From contig JAXMNT010000003.1 in assembly GCA_034670305.1 (NCBI GenBank), positions 64,001-128,000 of the forward strand: a DNA stretch of 64,000 bases, in the 5' to 3' direction. Below are positions 20,328-31,282 of this stretch, piece by piece. The stretch is from Deltaproteobacteria bacterium. Its GTDB lineage: Bacteria; Myxococcota_A; Polyangia; Polyangiales; Houyiibacteriaceae. Every line of letters begins with the position of its first letter. Positions within the stretch are counted from its first letter, which is position 1. The position numbers were made by a program, and so were the translations under genes. The notes under the pieces are model-generated. The model did no database searches and was not told the DNA's origin. It was given only the letters and a program-made list of their open reading frames with translations.

Positions 20328-22487
20328 TCAGCGCTGCTCCGACCTCCAGGCCAGCGTGGCGCAGGCTTGGGCGCCGGCGAGGTCGAGGTGGGCGCGGGTT
20401 CGAACTTCGCGCTGCATGTCGCGCGGCAGGAGCGCTTCGAACTTGCTCACCGCGAGGCGCGGCGTAGCTTCGGCGAGTTCGGCCTGGATGATGGGGTCCT
20501 TGGTCCAGTCCTTGTGCGCGAGCACGGTGAGCGCAGTCCGCAGCTGATCGGTGGCGCCCGCTCCGCGCGCACGGACTTGGACCTGGTTGCCTTCGATCGT
20601 GCCTCCGACCCAGCGGGGAAGCATGAGGCGGAGGGTGCGGTTGATGCGATCGCCGGCGAACGTGAACCACTGAAATGCCCCCCGACCCGCTTCGGTCCGG
20701 ATCCAGCGGCGACCCACCACGTCGCGGTGCGCTCGCCGCAGCGCGTGCCAGGTGGACGCGGCCCCGTCGTCCGCGCCCTCCGGAACCTGGTCGACTTGGA
20801 GCAGCCGCCGCATCCGGCGGCACACTTCCAAGCCGAGCGGTCGGCCGCCGCGGCCCCACTTTGGTTGCTCGCCCTGCGTGGCGGGTTCGACGTGTACGGC
20901 TCGGGCGCGGTGGTCGATCGCGCAGAGGGTCCAGGAGAGCCCACCGAGCAAGAAGACCGCGCCCACCGGGAGGTGCTCGGCGTAGCGGGGGTCAAGGGTG
21001 CCGACGTCCTCGCTCGAGCTCATGACCCGGTACTCGACCGGGGCACGGAACACGGTGAAGAGCGGGCTGAATCCGCGGGTGCCGAACCGCTCCTGGGCCC
21101 TGGGACCGAGCGCGAGGGACTCGGTCGGATGGGGTGCCGAGTCGGCTGGATCGATGCTCGTCGCCAACCACCCTTCGCTGGTCAGGTGCCCGACCAGCTC
21201 CCAGAGTTCGTGCGCCAAGACGCCGCGGAAGTCTGGCAGTTCGCGAAGCGCCTGGGCGTGTTCGAGGCGCGAACCGGGCCGGGTGTGCGCCATGACGAGC
21301 AGCCGCTGCACCAACATGCAGAAGTTGCGATCGTCCAAGGCCGCAGGCTCGACCCAACCTTGGCGCGCGAGATCCGCGAGTGCGAGCCCGCGCATCAAGG
21401 GCCACGGCCCACGCGCGAGAAACGCGAGTCGACGCGCCGACCCTTCGCTGCGGCCGCTGCGCCCGAGCCGCTGCAGATAGCTGCGCACGGTCGACGGTGC
21501 GTCGAGCTGGAGCACCAGGTCGAGGTCACCGACGTCCACCCCGAGTTCGAGGGTGGAGGTGCAGACCACAGTGGTCTGACGCGCCGCTCGGAAGGCGTCT
21601 TCCGAATGCTGTCGCCAGTGACGTGAAAGCGAGCCGTGGTGCACGTGCACGTCGCGCGCCTCGTCCTCCGCGACCGCTTGCGCGAGGTCTTCCGTCGCGC
21701 CTCGGCTCTCGCAGAAGAACAACGTCTTGCAGCCGTCGGCCAGCTCCCGCGCGCGCGTCGCGACCTCTCTCGCTTCTGAGCCGGGATGGTGGAACGTGAC
21801 CACGGGGCGCCTGTGCACCGATCGTTGCACCACGCAACGCGGGCGGTCGGATGCACCCGAGATCCAATCGAGCACCTCCTCCGGGTTTCCGAGGGTGGCG
21901 CTCAGACCAATGCGTTGTACGTCTCGGCCGCTGCGGGCCGCCAGCCCCGCCACGATGCTGTGGACCTGGGTGCCGCGGTCGTCGCCGGCCAGCACGTGCA
22001 GCTCGTCGACCACCACCGTGTGCAGCGCGTCGAAGAGGGCGGGCCGGAACGCCGCGAGCCGTTCGAACGACTCGGGCGTCGTGAGCAGGAGCGAAGGCGG
22101 CGTGTGGAGAATGCGCGTGCGGGTCCGCTTTTCGACGTCGCCGTGCCAGAGCCCGGCCCGGCTGCCGATCCACTCGGCGTACTGCGACCACCGCCGAAGC
22201 TGATCGTTGAGCAACGCACGGGTTGGCGCGATGCCCACCACCCGAACCGCGGCCCGCTCAGGTCGTGCCAACGCGCCGAGGATCGGGAGGAGCGCGGCTT
22301 CGGTCTTGCCGCCGCCGGTGGGCGCGACCACGAGCGTATTGCAGCCGCCTTGGATCGCGCGCACCGCTTCGGCTTGAAACGGCCGCAGCGCTTGCCATCC
22401 GTTGGCCTGGAGCGCGGCGACCAGCGCGTCGGGCAGTCCAGCGAAGTTGGGATCAGCGAGGTGGGTGCGAGAACGGGCAAGCGTCAT
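20328..22487 (-). CDS. Lhr-like DEAD/DEAH-box (SF2) helicase
   Basis: [51 protein letters not shown]. Confidence 0.92.
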   Translation of the reverse strand: MTLARSRTHLADPNFAGLPDALVAALQANGWQALRPFQAEAVRAIQGGCNTLVVAPTGGGKTEAALLPILGALARPERAAVRVVGIAPTRALLNDQLRRWSQYAEWIGSRAGLWHGDVEKRTRTRILHTPPSLLLTTPESFERLAAFRPALFDALHTVVVDELHVLAGDDRGTQVHSIVAGLAARSGRDVQRIGLSATLGNPEEVLDWISGASDRPRCVVQRSVHRRPVVTFHHPGSEAREVATRARELADGCKTLFFCESRGATEDLAQAVAEDEARDVHVHHGSLSRHWRQHSEDAFRAARQTTVVCTSTLELGVDVGDLDLVLQLDAPSTVRSYLQRLGRSGRSEGSARRLAFLARGPWPLMRGLALADLARQGWVEPAALDDRNFCMLVQRLLVMAHTRPGSRLEHAQALRELPDFRGVLAHELWELVGHLTSEGWLATSIDPADSAPHPTESLALGPRAQERFGTRGFSPLFTVFRAPVEYRVMSSSEDVGTLDPRYAEHLPVGAVFLLGGLSWTLCAIDHRARAVHVEPATQGEQPKWGRGGRPLGLEVCRRMRRLLQVDQVPEGADDGAASTWHALRRAHRDVVGRRWIRTEAGRGAFQWFTFAGDRINRTLRLMLPRWVGGTIEGNQVQVRARGAGATDQLRTALTVLAHKDWTKDPIIQAELAEATPRLAVSKFEALLPRDMQREVRTRAHLDLAGAQACATLAWRSEQR

Positions 22488-22541
22488 GGGCGCTCTTCGG
22501 ATGTGAGCGCCCAGGGTTGCGCCCGTCGGTCAAAGCCCCGG

Positions 22542-23357
22542 TCAGTCGAGCGTGTAGCCGATGGTCAGGGCCGAGGTCATGCCATGGTCTTGGCCCTCGG
22601 GTTCGAAGTAGAAGCCGAGGGACAGGAAGGCGCCGCGGCCACCCATGTACAGACCGAGCGCACCGCCGAATGCCAGCGCCGCCCGGAGGTCTCCGGCGCG
22701 GTGTGCGAGGGACGCGCCAACCGAGAGGTCGATGAACAGCCGGGGCGACGCGAGTTTCAACGTGGCCAGGTGGCGGTGCGTGAAGCGGTCGCCGAGCTTG
22801 CCTCGCCCGTAGGAGAAGACGAGTTCGTAGCCGAGGTACACCTGAACTGGCATGGCGCTCTCGGCCCGGGTGAGGCGGACGCCCGCGAAGGCGTCGAGCC
22901 CGGGTCCGACGAACCAGTCCGCGGAGGACTGGGCGGAGCGGTATCCGTCGTCTTCGCAGTCGTCGTTCGTGAGGCGTTCCCTGAGGTTGCACGGGACCTC
23001 GCCGAGATACTCCGACTCGCCGGATGCAGCCCCCACGAGGCCGAGGTGAAATGCGAAGCGGTTCGTGCGCTCCCGGACCCGCTGGAGGCGGAGTCGGGCG
23101 TTGCCGGAGAGGCGCTGGGTCGAATGCAGGGTCGAGGCAGAGGTCGGGAACGCCGCTCCCACGGGACGTGCGCTTGGGTGCAGCGGCGGCATCGGGATCG
23201 GCCGTGGCTGCGACGACCCCTGACCGAGGTTGTCGATCATCGACCGCGCCCCGTGGCGCAGGAGGACCGAGGTGGCGCTCTGCGCCTGGGTCCGGGTGGT
23301 GAAGAGAGAGCCGCCCGCGAGGAGGAGGGCGACGGCGAGGGAGAGTCGGTTGCACAT
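22542..23357 (-). CDS. Hypothetical secreted protein, possibly an outer-membrane beta-barrel
   Basis: Signal peptide TQA|Q, beta-rich C-terminal half ending LTIGYTLD. Confidence 0.55.
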   Translation of the reverse strand: MCNRLSLAVALLLAGGSLFTTRTQAQSATSVLLRHGARSMIDNLGQGSSQPRPIPMPPLHPSARPVGAAFPTSASTLHSTQRLSGNARLRLQRVRERTNRFAFHLGLVGAASGESEYLGEVPCNLRERLTNDDCEDDGYRSAQSSADWFVGPGLDAFAGVRLTRAESAMPVQVYLGYELVFSYGRGKLGDRFTHRHLATLKLASPRLFIDLSVGASLAHRAGDLRAALAFGGALGLYMGGRGAFLSLGFYFEPEGQDHGMTSALTIGYTLD

Positions 23358-23414
23358 GCGCACCTCCTCGACCCCTCGGCAACGGAGTTGTTTCCCGGCT
23401 GGTAGCCTTCGCCC

Positions 23415-24629
23415 ATGACGGTGTTCATTCTGGGCAGTTCGCAGACCGACTTCTCTCGCCGCTGGGCGCGCGAGGGCACGCATCAGAGCGAGGCGATGCG
23501 GGAGGTGGTGTTCGGCGCACTGAGCGATGCGTCCGTCGATGCCGCGGACATCGACGCCACCCACATCGGCAACTTCGTCGGCGCGTCGATGACTGGGCAA
23601 GCGCATCTCGGCGGGTTCATGGGCAGCCTGGATCCCGCGTTCCGGGGCAAGGCCGCGGCGCGACACGAAGCGGCGTGTGCGTCGGGGAGCATCGCGGTCA
23701 TGGCAGCGCTCGCGGAGCTCGAAGCCGGGTTCCACGAGGTCGCCTGCGTGGTCGGCATCGAAGAGATGCGGAGCGTGCCGGGCGACGTCGCGGCCGATCA
23801 CCTCGCCGCTGCGGCCTGGCGCGGCAAAGAAGCGACCGACGCGCGCTTCGCGTGGCCGTACCTCTTCGATCAGCTGACCGAAGAAGTACAGCGGCGGTTC
23901 GGGGTGGACGACGCGCACCTACGCGCGTTCGCGAAGATGGCCTACCGCAACGCGCGCACGAACCCGTTCGCCCAGACCCGCACCTGGACGACCGAGGACG
24001 GACACTTCTCGAACGACGACGCGCTCAACCCGCGCATCGAAGGCCGCGTGCGCCGGTACGACTGCGGACAGATCACCGACGGAGCGGCGTGTGTGATCCT
24101 CGCGTCCGAGCGGTACGCACGGGCCTGGGCTTCGAAACGTGGGCTTGATCTGGACGCGGTGCCGCGCGTGCTCGGGTGGGGTCACCGCGCGGGTCCCATG
24201 ACGCTCGCAGAGAAGTTCGAGGGCGAAGGCCCGTGGCTCTTTCCGCACGTGCGCGAGGCGGCGCTCGACGCGCGGCGGCGTGCAGCGACCGATCTTCAAG
24301 ACATCGATGCGATCGAGCTGCACGACTGCTTCTCGATCACCGGATACACGTTGCTCGAACACCTCGACGTGACGGAGCCCGGACGCGGGTTCGAGGCGAT
24401 CGAAGACGGCCGCCTCGAGCGCGACGGTGCGATGCCGGTGAACCCGAGTGGCGGACTGATCGGACTCGGACATCCAGTGGGCGCGACCGGCGTGCGCATG
24501 GTGGCGGACGCGGGCCGCCAAGTGCGCGGAAGCGCGGAGGGAACCCAGGTGGATGGTGCGCGCCGGGTGCAGACGCTCAACATCGGAGGGAGCGCGACCA
24601 CCGCGGTCAGCTTCGTCGTGGGCCTCTGA
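23415..24629 (+). CDS. Acetyl-CoA acetyltransferase (SCP2-type thiolase)
   Basis: EAACASG, TDGAA, ELHDCF, NPSGG, GHPVGATG. Confidence 0.93.
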   Translation: MTVFILGSSQTDFSRRWAREGTHQSEAMREVVFGALSDASVDAADIDATHIGNFVGASMTGQAHLGGFMGSLDPAFRGKAAARHEAACASGSIAVMAALAELEAGFHEVACVVGIEEMRSVPGDVAADHLAAAAWRGKEATDARFAWPYLFDQLTEEVQRRFGVDDAHLRAFAKMAYRNARTNPFAQTRTWTTEDGHFSNDDALNPRIEGRVRRYDCGQITDGAACVILASERYARAWASKRGLDLDAVPRVLGWGHRAGPMTLAEKFEGEGPWLFPHVREAALDARRRAATDLQDIDAIELHDCFSITGYTLLEHLDVTEPGRGFEAIEDGRLERDGAMPVNPSGGLIGLGHPVGATGVRMVADAGRQVRGSAEGTQVDGARRVQTLNIGGSATTAVSFVVGL

Positions 24630-24702
24630 CCGCGATCCGCCGGAACGTGATGCACATCGAAATGAGCTGACAAGTTCGCCGGGAGCCTGGCAGTCTAGAG
24701 AG

Positions 24703-25269
24703 GTGAGCAGCACCCTCGCTCCGGGCATCTTGGTCGCGTCCCCGACCCTCCGGTGTCCCTTCTTCCATCACACGGTGGTGCTGTTGGTGGACGACGACGA
24801 CGAGGGATCGTTCGGGTTCGTGGTGAACAAGCAGAGCCCCATCGACTTCGACGACGTCGCGGAAGAACTCGAACTCAAGATGCCGACCGGCACCGAAGGC
24901 ATCGTGCCGGTGCTGCATGGCGGGCCCGTGTCCCCCGACACCGGCTGGATCGTGTTCGACCCGCGGGGCGCCAAGCGCCTGCCCGACGACGTCATCCTGC
25001 TCTCGGACGAGCTCGCGATCAGCGCCTCGCTGAGCATGCTCCAAGACATCGCCTCCGGCCGCGCGCCTTCGCGCGCGATGCTCAGCCTCGGCTACTCCGG
25101 CTGGAGCCCCGGACAGCTCGAAGAAGAGATGAGCGACGGCTCCTGGATCCCGATCGACCTCGACACCGAGATCCTTTTCGAACTCCCCCTCGCCTCCCGC
25201 TGGGACCGCGCCGTTCGGTCGCTCGGCTTCGACCCCGGCATGCTCACCGGCTTCGTCGCCCAAGCCTAA
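24703..25269 (+). CDS. yqgE: YqgE/AlgH family protein
   Basis: LVASP, F..TVVLL, GFVVNK, GGPV, GYSGWSPGQLEEE...GSW. Confidence 0.92.
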   Translation: MSSTLAPGILVASPTLRCPFFHHTVVLLVDDDDEGSFGFVVNKQSPIDFDDVAEELELKMPTGTEGIVPVLHGGPVSPDTGWIVFDPRGAKRLPDDVILLSDELAISASLSMLQDIASGRAPSRAMLSLGYSGWSPGQLEEEMSDGSWIPIDLDTEILFELPLASRWDRAVRSLGFDPGMLTGFVAQA

Positions 25270-25310
25270 AACGCCGGGCGTCGGACGTCCGGCGGTAGAA
25301 GGCACGCCCG

Positions 25311-25602
25311 CATCGGATTCGGCGTCGGCTTCGGTATCGGCGTCGGGTTCGGCGTCGGCTTCGGGATCGGATTCGGCATCGCTTCGGCTTCGGCTTCGGC
25401 TTCGGCTTCGGCTTCGGATTCGGATTCGGCTTCGGATTCGGCTTCTGCGTCGGATTCGGGCGGGAACCAACCCCATAGCTGAGCCGACGCCGACGCCTGC
25501 ACTCAAGGGCAAGGGCAGGGGCAAGGGCAAGGGCAAGGACGCATGCCGGCATCAGCTTCGGCTTCAGCTTCGGCTTCGGCTTCGGGTTCAGCTCCGGCTT
25601 CG
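25311..25602. repeat. Intergenic compound hexamer array C: (TCGGNN)n ... (CAAGGG)~6 ... (TCGGCT/TCAGCT)n
   Basis: Directly visible 6-nt periodicity. Confidence 0.92.
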
Positions 25603-25708
25603 GCGGGTCCGCATGCGTCCGATGCAGTTGCTGCTAGACCTGCGGCCGTGACGTTGCACGGAACGATGGGTGCGCCGAACCGGCCGCGTGCATGGGGTGC
25701 AGACAGGG

Positions 25709-26518
25709 ATGGCTGAGCCCACCACGACTGAAGGCGCATTGCAGCCACAAGGCTCTCCCTGGCGCGCGCGTTTCCGGCTGCTCCGGTTCCTCTGCGCGCT
25801 GACCTGGCACGCGCTGCGCTACGAAGTCGTCCGCTGGTTCACGTCCACGAAGGACCGGCCGATGCACGTGCACCGGACGCGGCTGCGGATCGCGGAGAGC
25901 TTGCTCCACTCGCTCGGTGTGAAGCGTTCCATCCATGGGCCGCGACCGGCGTATCCGCACGACTCCAGCTGCGGGCGGCTGCTGGTCGCGAACCACCGGT
26001 GCGGCGTGGACATCGGCGTGCTGCTCGCGGAGAGCGGCGGGATCTTTCTGAGCCGCGCGGATCTGGGACAATGGCCGATTGTTGGTCGGCTCTCGAAACA
26101 AGCCGACACCATCTTCGTGGACCGCGACAGCCAGCACAGCGGCGCCGCCGCCATCCGCGAGCTTCGGCGGCGGCTCAAGGCGGGGCAGACGGTGATCGTT
26201 TTCCCGGAAGGCACCACCCACCGCGGCGACGAGGTGCAGACGTTTCGGGCCGGGGCATTCGCGGCGGCGCGCGGACTCGACGTCGAGGTGGTGCCGGTCG
26301 GTCTCGCGTACCCGCCGGGGGTCGAGTACATCGACATGAGCTTTCTGACCCATGTGAAGATCGTCGCCGCGCGCAAACGAACGCCGGTCGCGGTCGAGTT
26401 CGGCGAACCGCTGCCGACCGGGCTCAAGACAGCGCAATTGGCCGAAGCGTGCCAGACTCGCGTGCAGACGCTGGTCTCGCAGGCGAGGCGGCGGCTCGAA
26501 TCCGATGCGTCGATCTGA
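25709..26518 (+). CDS. Lysophospholipid (1-acyl-G3P) acyltransferase family protein
   Basis: NHRCGVD (NHxxxxD), FVDR, VFPEGT. Confidence 0.9.
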   Translation: MAEPTTTEGALQPQGSPWRARFRLLRFLCALTWHALRYEVVRWFTSTKDRPMHVHRTRLRIAESLLHSLGVKRSIHGPRPAYPHDSSCGRLLVANHRCGVDIGVLLAESGGIFLSRADLGQWPIVGRLSKQADTIFVDRDSQHSGAAAIRELRRRLKAGQTVIVFPEGTTHRGDEVQTFRAGAFAAARGLDVEVVPVGLAYPPGVEYIDMSFLTHVKIVAARKRTPVAVEFGEPLPTGLKTAQLAEACQTRVQTLVSQARRRLESDASI

Positions 26519-26611
26519 AGCGTCGGAAATTGATCAAGCATTTCGGGGGGTCACGGGTCGAATGCCGACCGTTGTGATGAATAGACCTCCCCCATCGGAG
26601 TCCAAACCGAC

Positions 26612-28084
26612 ATGATGTTCCGAACCCTATTGGCGTGCGCGCTGCTCTCGAGCGGCTGCATCATCGAAGCCCGCGGAACCGTCCGATCGGCGCACCACGT
26701 GCAGGCCAACGCCTACGCCGCGCCGAGCTACGTGACCGTGAACCAACCGCCTCCGCCGCTTCACGCGGAGGTGAACCAAGGGAACAAACCGAGCTCGGAT
26801 TCGCAGTGGATCTCGGGGCACTGGGTGCTCGTGGCCGGCCAGTGGCAGTGGCAAGAAGGCCGCTGGGTGGTTGCCGAGGCCGGCTTCGATTGGGAGCCGC
26901 CCGTGTGCGTCGCCGTGCAAGGCGGCGGCTACCAGTACCACCCCGGGTACTGGCGACCGTCCAACGAGGCGCCCCCGCCCATCTACCGGGCCGACGGAAC
27001 CATCCGAGTCCACGTGCAGCCGCGCGACGTCTACGTGACCGTCAACCGAGTCCCGCCCTCGCAGGTCCAGGCCACCACCGTCGTGGTCACCGGGGGACAA
27101 CAGACCGGCGGCAGCGGCACGGTCACCACCCGTCCCGTGCAGCCCGGCACCGTGGTCGTGCGACCGACCACCACGGTGACGGCCACCACCACGACCCGAC
27201 CGGCGACCACCGGAACGGCGACCGTCACCACCGGCACCCGCCCGGGTACGACGACCGTCACGACCGGCACCCGTCCGGGTACGACGACCGTCACGACCGG
27301 CACCCGTCCGGGTACGACCACCGTGACGACCGGCACCCGACCGGGAACGACCACCGTCACGACCGGCACCGCCACGGGCACCCGCCCTGGCACCGTGCAG
27401 ACGGGGACCACCGCGACCGCGCGGCCTGGCACGACGACGACCGTCACCACGCGACCCACCACCACGGCGCGACCGGCAACGACGACGACGACCAACGCCC
27501 GGCCCACCACCGCCGTGCGACCTGGCACCACGACCACCACCACCGTGCGTCCGACCACGACCGCGCGACCGGGCACGACGACGACGACCAGGGTGCGTCC
27601 GACCACCCGCCCGGCCACCACGACGACCACCGCGGTTCGTCCGACCACTCAGGCGCGTCCCGGCACCACCACGACGACCACCGTGCGTCCGACCACGACC
27701 GTGCGTCCGGGCACCGTCGCGCCGGGCACTGTCCGCCCGGGCAACCCCACCGGACCGGGACAGCGGCCGACGACGATCACGCCCGGCACCAACACGACCG
27801 TGACCGCGCCGGGCACGACCGTGAACGCGCAGAACAACCCGAACGTCAACGGACAGGTCACGTGCGCGCCGCAGGTGACGTCGGTGCCGCGCGGCGGTCA
27901 GGTGATCCTGCGCGGAACCAACCTGAGCCTCGCGACCGCCGTCACCGTCGGTGGGCAAGCCGCGCCGATCGTTCGACGGACCGCGACCGAAATTCGAGCC
28001 CGCGTGTCCGCGAGTGGCGCCGTCCGACTCCGCGTCGGCAACCGAAACGTGTCCTGCGGCAACATCTCGCTCGCCGGCCGCTGA
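26612..28084 (+). CDS. Lipoprotein with WxxGxW repeats, a long Thr/Pro/Arg-rich stalk and a C-terminal IPT/TIG-like domain
   Basis: Lipobox LSSGC; WISGHW, WQEGRW, YHPGYW; GTRPGTTTVTT repeats; GGQVILRGTNL...VTVGG. Confidence 0.8.
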   Translation: MMFRTLLACALLSSGCIIEARGTVRSAHHVQANAYAAPSYVTVNQPPPPLHAEVNQGNKPSSDSQWISGHWVLVAGQWQWQEGRWVVAEAGFDWEPPVCVAVQGGGYQYHPGYWRPSNEAPPPIYRADGTIRVHVQPRDVYVTVNRVPPSQVQATTVVVTGGQQTGGSGTVTTRPVQPGTVVVRPTTTVTATTTTRPATTGTATVTTGTRPGTTTVTTGTRPGTTTVTTGTRPGTTTVTTGTRPGTTTVTTGTATGTRPGTVQTGTTATARPGTTTTVTTRPTTTARPATTTTTNARPTTAVRPGTTTTTTVRPTTTARPGTTTTTRVRPTTRPATTTTTAVRPTTQARPGTTTTTTVRPTTTVRPGTVAPGTVRPGNPTGPGQRPTTITPGTNTTVTAPGTTVNAQNNPNVNGQVTCAPQVTSVPRGGQVILRGTNLSLATAVTVGGQAAPIVRRTATEIRARVSASGAVRLRVGNRNVSCGNISLAGR

Positions 28085-28112
28085 CCTCAGCGACGCCGAA
28101 CCCGAACGCGAG

Positions 28113-28148
28113 AGGGCTCCGACCATGGTCGGGGCCCTTTTTCGTTTT
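28113..28148 (+). terminator. Rho-independent terminator
   Basis: Stem AGGGCTCCGACC/GGTCGGGGCCCT followed by TTTTCGTTTT, about 30 nt after the stop. Confidence 0.8.
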
Positions 28149-28203
28149 CCCATGCATGACCGCGCCAGTTGGGACCGGCTCGGAAATTCGATAGGCTGAT
28201 CCG

Positions 28204-29412
28204 GTGCACGAACCTTCGCCCCGGGCCCCGACCGAGTACCCCAGTCGGTTCATCCGCCGCGCACAAGCCCAGCGTGGATGGGGCGCGCTCGCGGATCTCT
28301 ACGGACGCTCACTCGGCCAGGGAGACGCGCTCGCGGACGACCTCGCGGCGTGGCTCGAAGCGAACCCCTCCGGCCGCCCTCTGTTCGAACGCGCGCTGAA
28401 CGAAGGCCTGTCCGCGCTCGACGATCCACCGGCTCCGCTGCGCGCGCTCTTCGAGTCGGTCGAGACCCGGCCCGCGTGGTTGAACGACGCGCAACTCGCG
28501 CTGGGCGCCGCCACCTGTCAGCGGTTCGGCCCCTCGCTGATGTTCGTACTGAGCGCCTGGTCGCTCATGAACGGCTACCACTCCGCGCCCGCGGTCAAAC
28601 CGCTGAGCTTCACCGGCCAACTCGATTCGATGGCCCCACGCCGGCTGGCGGAGACCGGACGCTTCGTCGTCGAGACCTGTCAGACCGGCGGCATGACGCG
28701 CTTCGCGCCCGGGTTCGTGCTCGCGGTTCGAGTGCGGGTGTTGCACGCGATGGTGCGGCGCATGATCACCAAGAGCGGCCGGTGGCAGACCGAAGACTGG
28801 GGCGTACCGATCAACCAGGCCGACATGGTCGGCACGATCATGGAGTTCTCGCTCCTGCTTCTCGAAGGCGCCCGCACCATGGGGTTCACCATCAGCGCGG
28901 AAGAGGCCGAAGCGGTCGTGCACCTTTGGCGGTACTCAGGCTACCTCGGTGGCGTCGACGAGGCCCTCTTGGAAGAGCTCTCCACCGAGGCGCGCGGCGT
29001 ACGGTTCGCGGAGCTCGTCAAACTCACGCAGCCTGGGCCCGACGCGGACTCGCTCAGCCTCGCCGCTGCGCTGCGGCTGGTGCCGATGCAGACCGCCAAG
29101 AGCCGGGTGCAGAAGTTCTTCGCGCCGATGATCGTCCGCTACCACGACGGACTGACCCACGTGTTCAACGGGCCCGACATCGCAGGCGCGTTGCACATCC
29201 CGAACCCGCGGTGGCGCCACGCGGTGCACGCCAGCCGCGCGATGGTGCGGGTGTTCGAAGTCGTGCGCCGTCTTCGCCCCGATGGAGACGAGTGGGCGAG
29301 TCGGGTGGGCAACAAGGCCCTTCGGGGCGAGATCGATCGCCTGCTGGGCGGAAGCGAACCCACCTTCCAGCCCAAGCGTGTCGCTCGGTCCTCGGCCCAA
29401 GCGCGGGCGTGA
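28204..29412 (+). CDS. Oxygenase MpaB/Lcp-like (DUF2236) family protein
   Basis: RRLAETGRF, VRVRVLHAMVR, WGVPINQADM, HLWRYSGYLGG. Confidence 0.88.
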   Translation: MHEPSPRAPTEYPSRFIRRAQAQRGWGALADLYGRSLGQGDALADDLAAWLEANPSGRPLFERALNEGLSALDDPPAPLRALFESVETRPAWLNDAQLALGAATCQRFGPSLMFVLSAWSLMNGYHSAPAVKPLSFTGQLDSMAPRRLAETGRFVVETCQTGGMTRFAPGFVLAVRVRVLHAMVRRMITKSGRWQTEDWGVPINQADMVGTIMEFSLLLLEGARTMGFTISAEEAEAVVHLWRYSGYLGGVDEALLEELSTEARGVRFAELVKLTQPGPDADSLSLAAALRLVPMQTAKSRVQKFFAPMIVRYHDGLTHVFNGPDIAGALHIPNPRWRHAVHASRAMVRVFEVVRRLRPDGDEWASRVGNKALRGEIDRLLGGSEPTFQPKRVARSSAQARA

Positions 29413-29441
29413 CCCGACTCTCGGTCACTCGACGGTGAGCT

Positions 29442-31235
29442 TCACTCGACGGTGAGGTAGCGGCCCATCCAGTAGACGAACCGGAAGTCCACCGCGGGGT
29501 ACAACGTCGCGTCGTTGCCGGTCGCGTTCACGCGAAACGGGTTCGAGCGCCAGTGGAAGTTGCTCGGCGGGCGCACCGCCATCGGAATGGTGGTCGCCGC
29601 GATCAGCTCGTCGCCGCGACCGATCGCACCGAGCAGTTCCACTTCGCTTCCATCGTCGAGCTCACAGAGGAGCGCGGCGATCTCGGCCTCGTCGCATTGC
29701 ACCCGGCCCGTCGCCCAGATCGGCGCCGCCCCGAACCCGCGCAGGGTCTCGAGACCCTGGTCGCGCGCCACCGTCTCGCGCCCATCGGACGCGCGGAGCG
29801 GCACCCCCACGCTGCCGCCCATGACCGCCGAGGCGAAGACGAAGTCGAAGAAACTCTGCTCCAAGCTCGCGCCGTTGCGTTCCGCATCCGAGTGGTAGAG
29901 CGAACGATCGATGCCAGCCCGCACTTCGGTGGCCGCCTCGTCGTCGCAGAGGTATCGAGAAGCCAACCACGCTCCGTCGAACGCCATGTTGTAGTTCGAG
30001 TAGTTGGTCATCGTGCCGAAGTCGATCACCCCTGCGCTGTCGCGCGCGATCTCGTGCAGACGCCGTGCGCGTATCAAGTCGTTGAACACGTAGTCCTGCA
30101 CCACCTCGTCCCCGCCGATGCGGCCGAGCGCCGCCATGATGCCGAGCGCCATGATCGCGTGCATGCCGTTGTCTCGAAACCGCGGGATGTAGACGCGATC
30201 GATCGCGGACTCGTGGAGGTACGCGTGAAAGGTGAGGCGCCCGTCGGCGTCGTGGATCTCGAGGTCGTGCCCAGAGTCCCCGACCTCCATGAGCGTGCGC
30301 GCGATCGCGGTCGCGTCTTCGCGCAGGCGTGATTTGAGTTCGGCGTCGATGGTGGCGTCGTTCGCGATCACCTCCCAGAGCGCCGCCATGCCCACCACCC
30401 AGCCCACCAGCATGTCGCGGCTGCAGCTGTCCTCCCAAACGTAGTCTGGGTACGCACCGCTCTGATCGTCGCGCCAAGTCCCGTTGGTCTTCTCTTCTGG
30501 CAGAGGGTTGCCCTCCGCGTCGAAGAGCGGCACCACCTCTGCCGCGAACACGTCGCCGAACCGCAGGTCCCGTCGAATGTACCCGCGGGCGATGACCCCG
30601 GGTGCGCCGGTGATCTCGACCGCCCGGTGCATGCCATCCAGCGCGCCCACCACGTGCGCCCGCGCCCGCTCGACTTCGTCGCACGCGGCGCCTTCGTCCC
30701 GCAGCACCGCGTACCGAAACGCATCGGCCGCAGCGCCCACCCCAGCGTATGCGCCCGCGACCTTGGACCACGCCGCCATCTCTTCGACCGGCGTGCCCGC
30801 GAACACCTCGAGGTCCCAACCGTCGCTGTCCTGCAAGAACGCGCGCACCGTCTCTCGGTCCAGTTCGGATGCGATCGTCACCTCCGTGTTCACGCCGGTG
30901 TGGAGCGCCGCGATCGCATGAAACCCGCGGTCGTACCGCCGCGCCTGCGCCGCCATCGCCGCGTCGTGCGCCGCGGACGCCGAACCGGGAACGAGCGCGC
31001 CCCGCACCACCGGACCACGCCCGCACGTGGGCGGCTCGACCGGCGCGGGTGGGCGGCAGGTCGGCGCCGGCAACCGCACGAACGCATCGGTGCCGACGTC
31101 GGCCGGCGCATCCACGGCCTCGATCGCATCGGCCCCCGCGTCGCCCGCCGAGTCGTCGTCTCCGCCACAGGCGAACACGACGATTTGCATCCACGCGACG
31201 ATGGCCAGACCTCTCATCCCGCCAGTCTGCCCCAT
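29442..31235 (-). CDS. Hypothetical lipoprotein (helical, possibly enzymatic)
   Basis: 597-aa ORF with GC-typical codon use; lipobox VFAC|GGDDD; GVIARG, WEDSCSRD, WRSNPF. The start may be the ATG at 31214. Confidence 0.7.
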   Translation of the reverse strand: MGQTGGMRGLAIVAWMQIVVFACGGDDDSAGDAGADAIEAVDAPADVGTDAFVRLPAPTCRPPAPVEPPTCGRGPVVRGALVPGSASAAHDAAMAAQARRYDRGFHAIAALHTGVNTEVTIASELDRETVRAFLQDSDGWDLEVFAGTPVEEMAAWSKVAGAYAGVGAAADAFRYAVLRDEGAACDEVERARAHVVGALDGMHRAVEITGAPGVIARGYIRRDLRFGDVFAAEVVPLFDAEGNPLPEEKTNGTWRDDQSGAYPDYVWEDSCSRDMLVGWVVGMAALWEVIANDATIDAELKSRLREDATAIARTLMEVGDSGHDLEIHDADGRLTFHAYLHESAIDRVYIPRFRDNGMHAIMALGIMAALGRIGGDEVVQDYVFNDLIRARRLHEIARDSAGVIDFGTMTNYSNYNMAFDGAWLASRYLCDDEAATEVRAGIDRSLYHSDAERNGASLEQSFFDFVFASAVMGGSVGVPLRASDGRETVARDQGLETLRGFGAAPIWATGRVQCDEAEIAALLCELDDGSEVELLGAIGRGDELIAATTIPMAVRPPSNFHWRSNPFRVNATGNDATLYPAVDFRFVYWMGRYLTVE

Positions 31236-31282
31236 CGTTCAAGCTTCGTCTCAGGCGTTGGTTCGAGGTGGTGGCCCATGGA

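Noticed and set aside
29425-29456. 15-bp tandem duplication TCACTCGACGGTGAG at a gene end, a possible att site or target duplication
   Set aside because: The copies are 2 nt apart with nothing inserted and no integrase nearby; most simply a local duplication.
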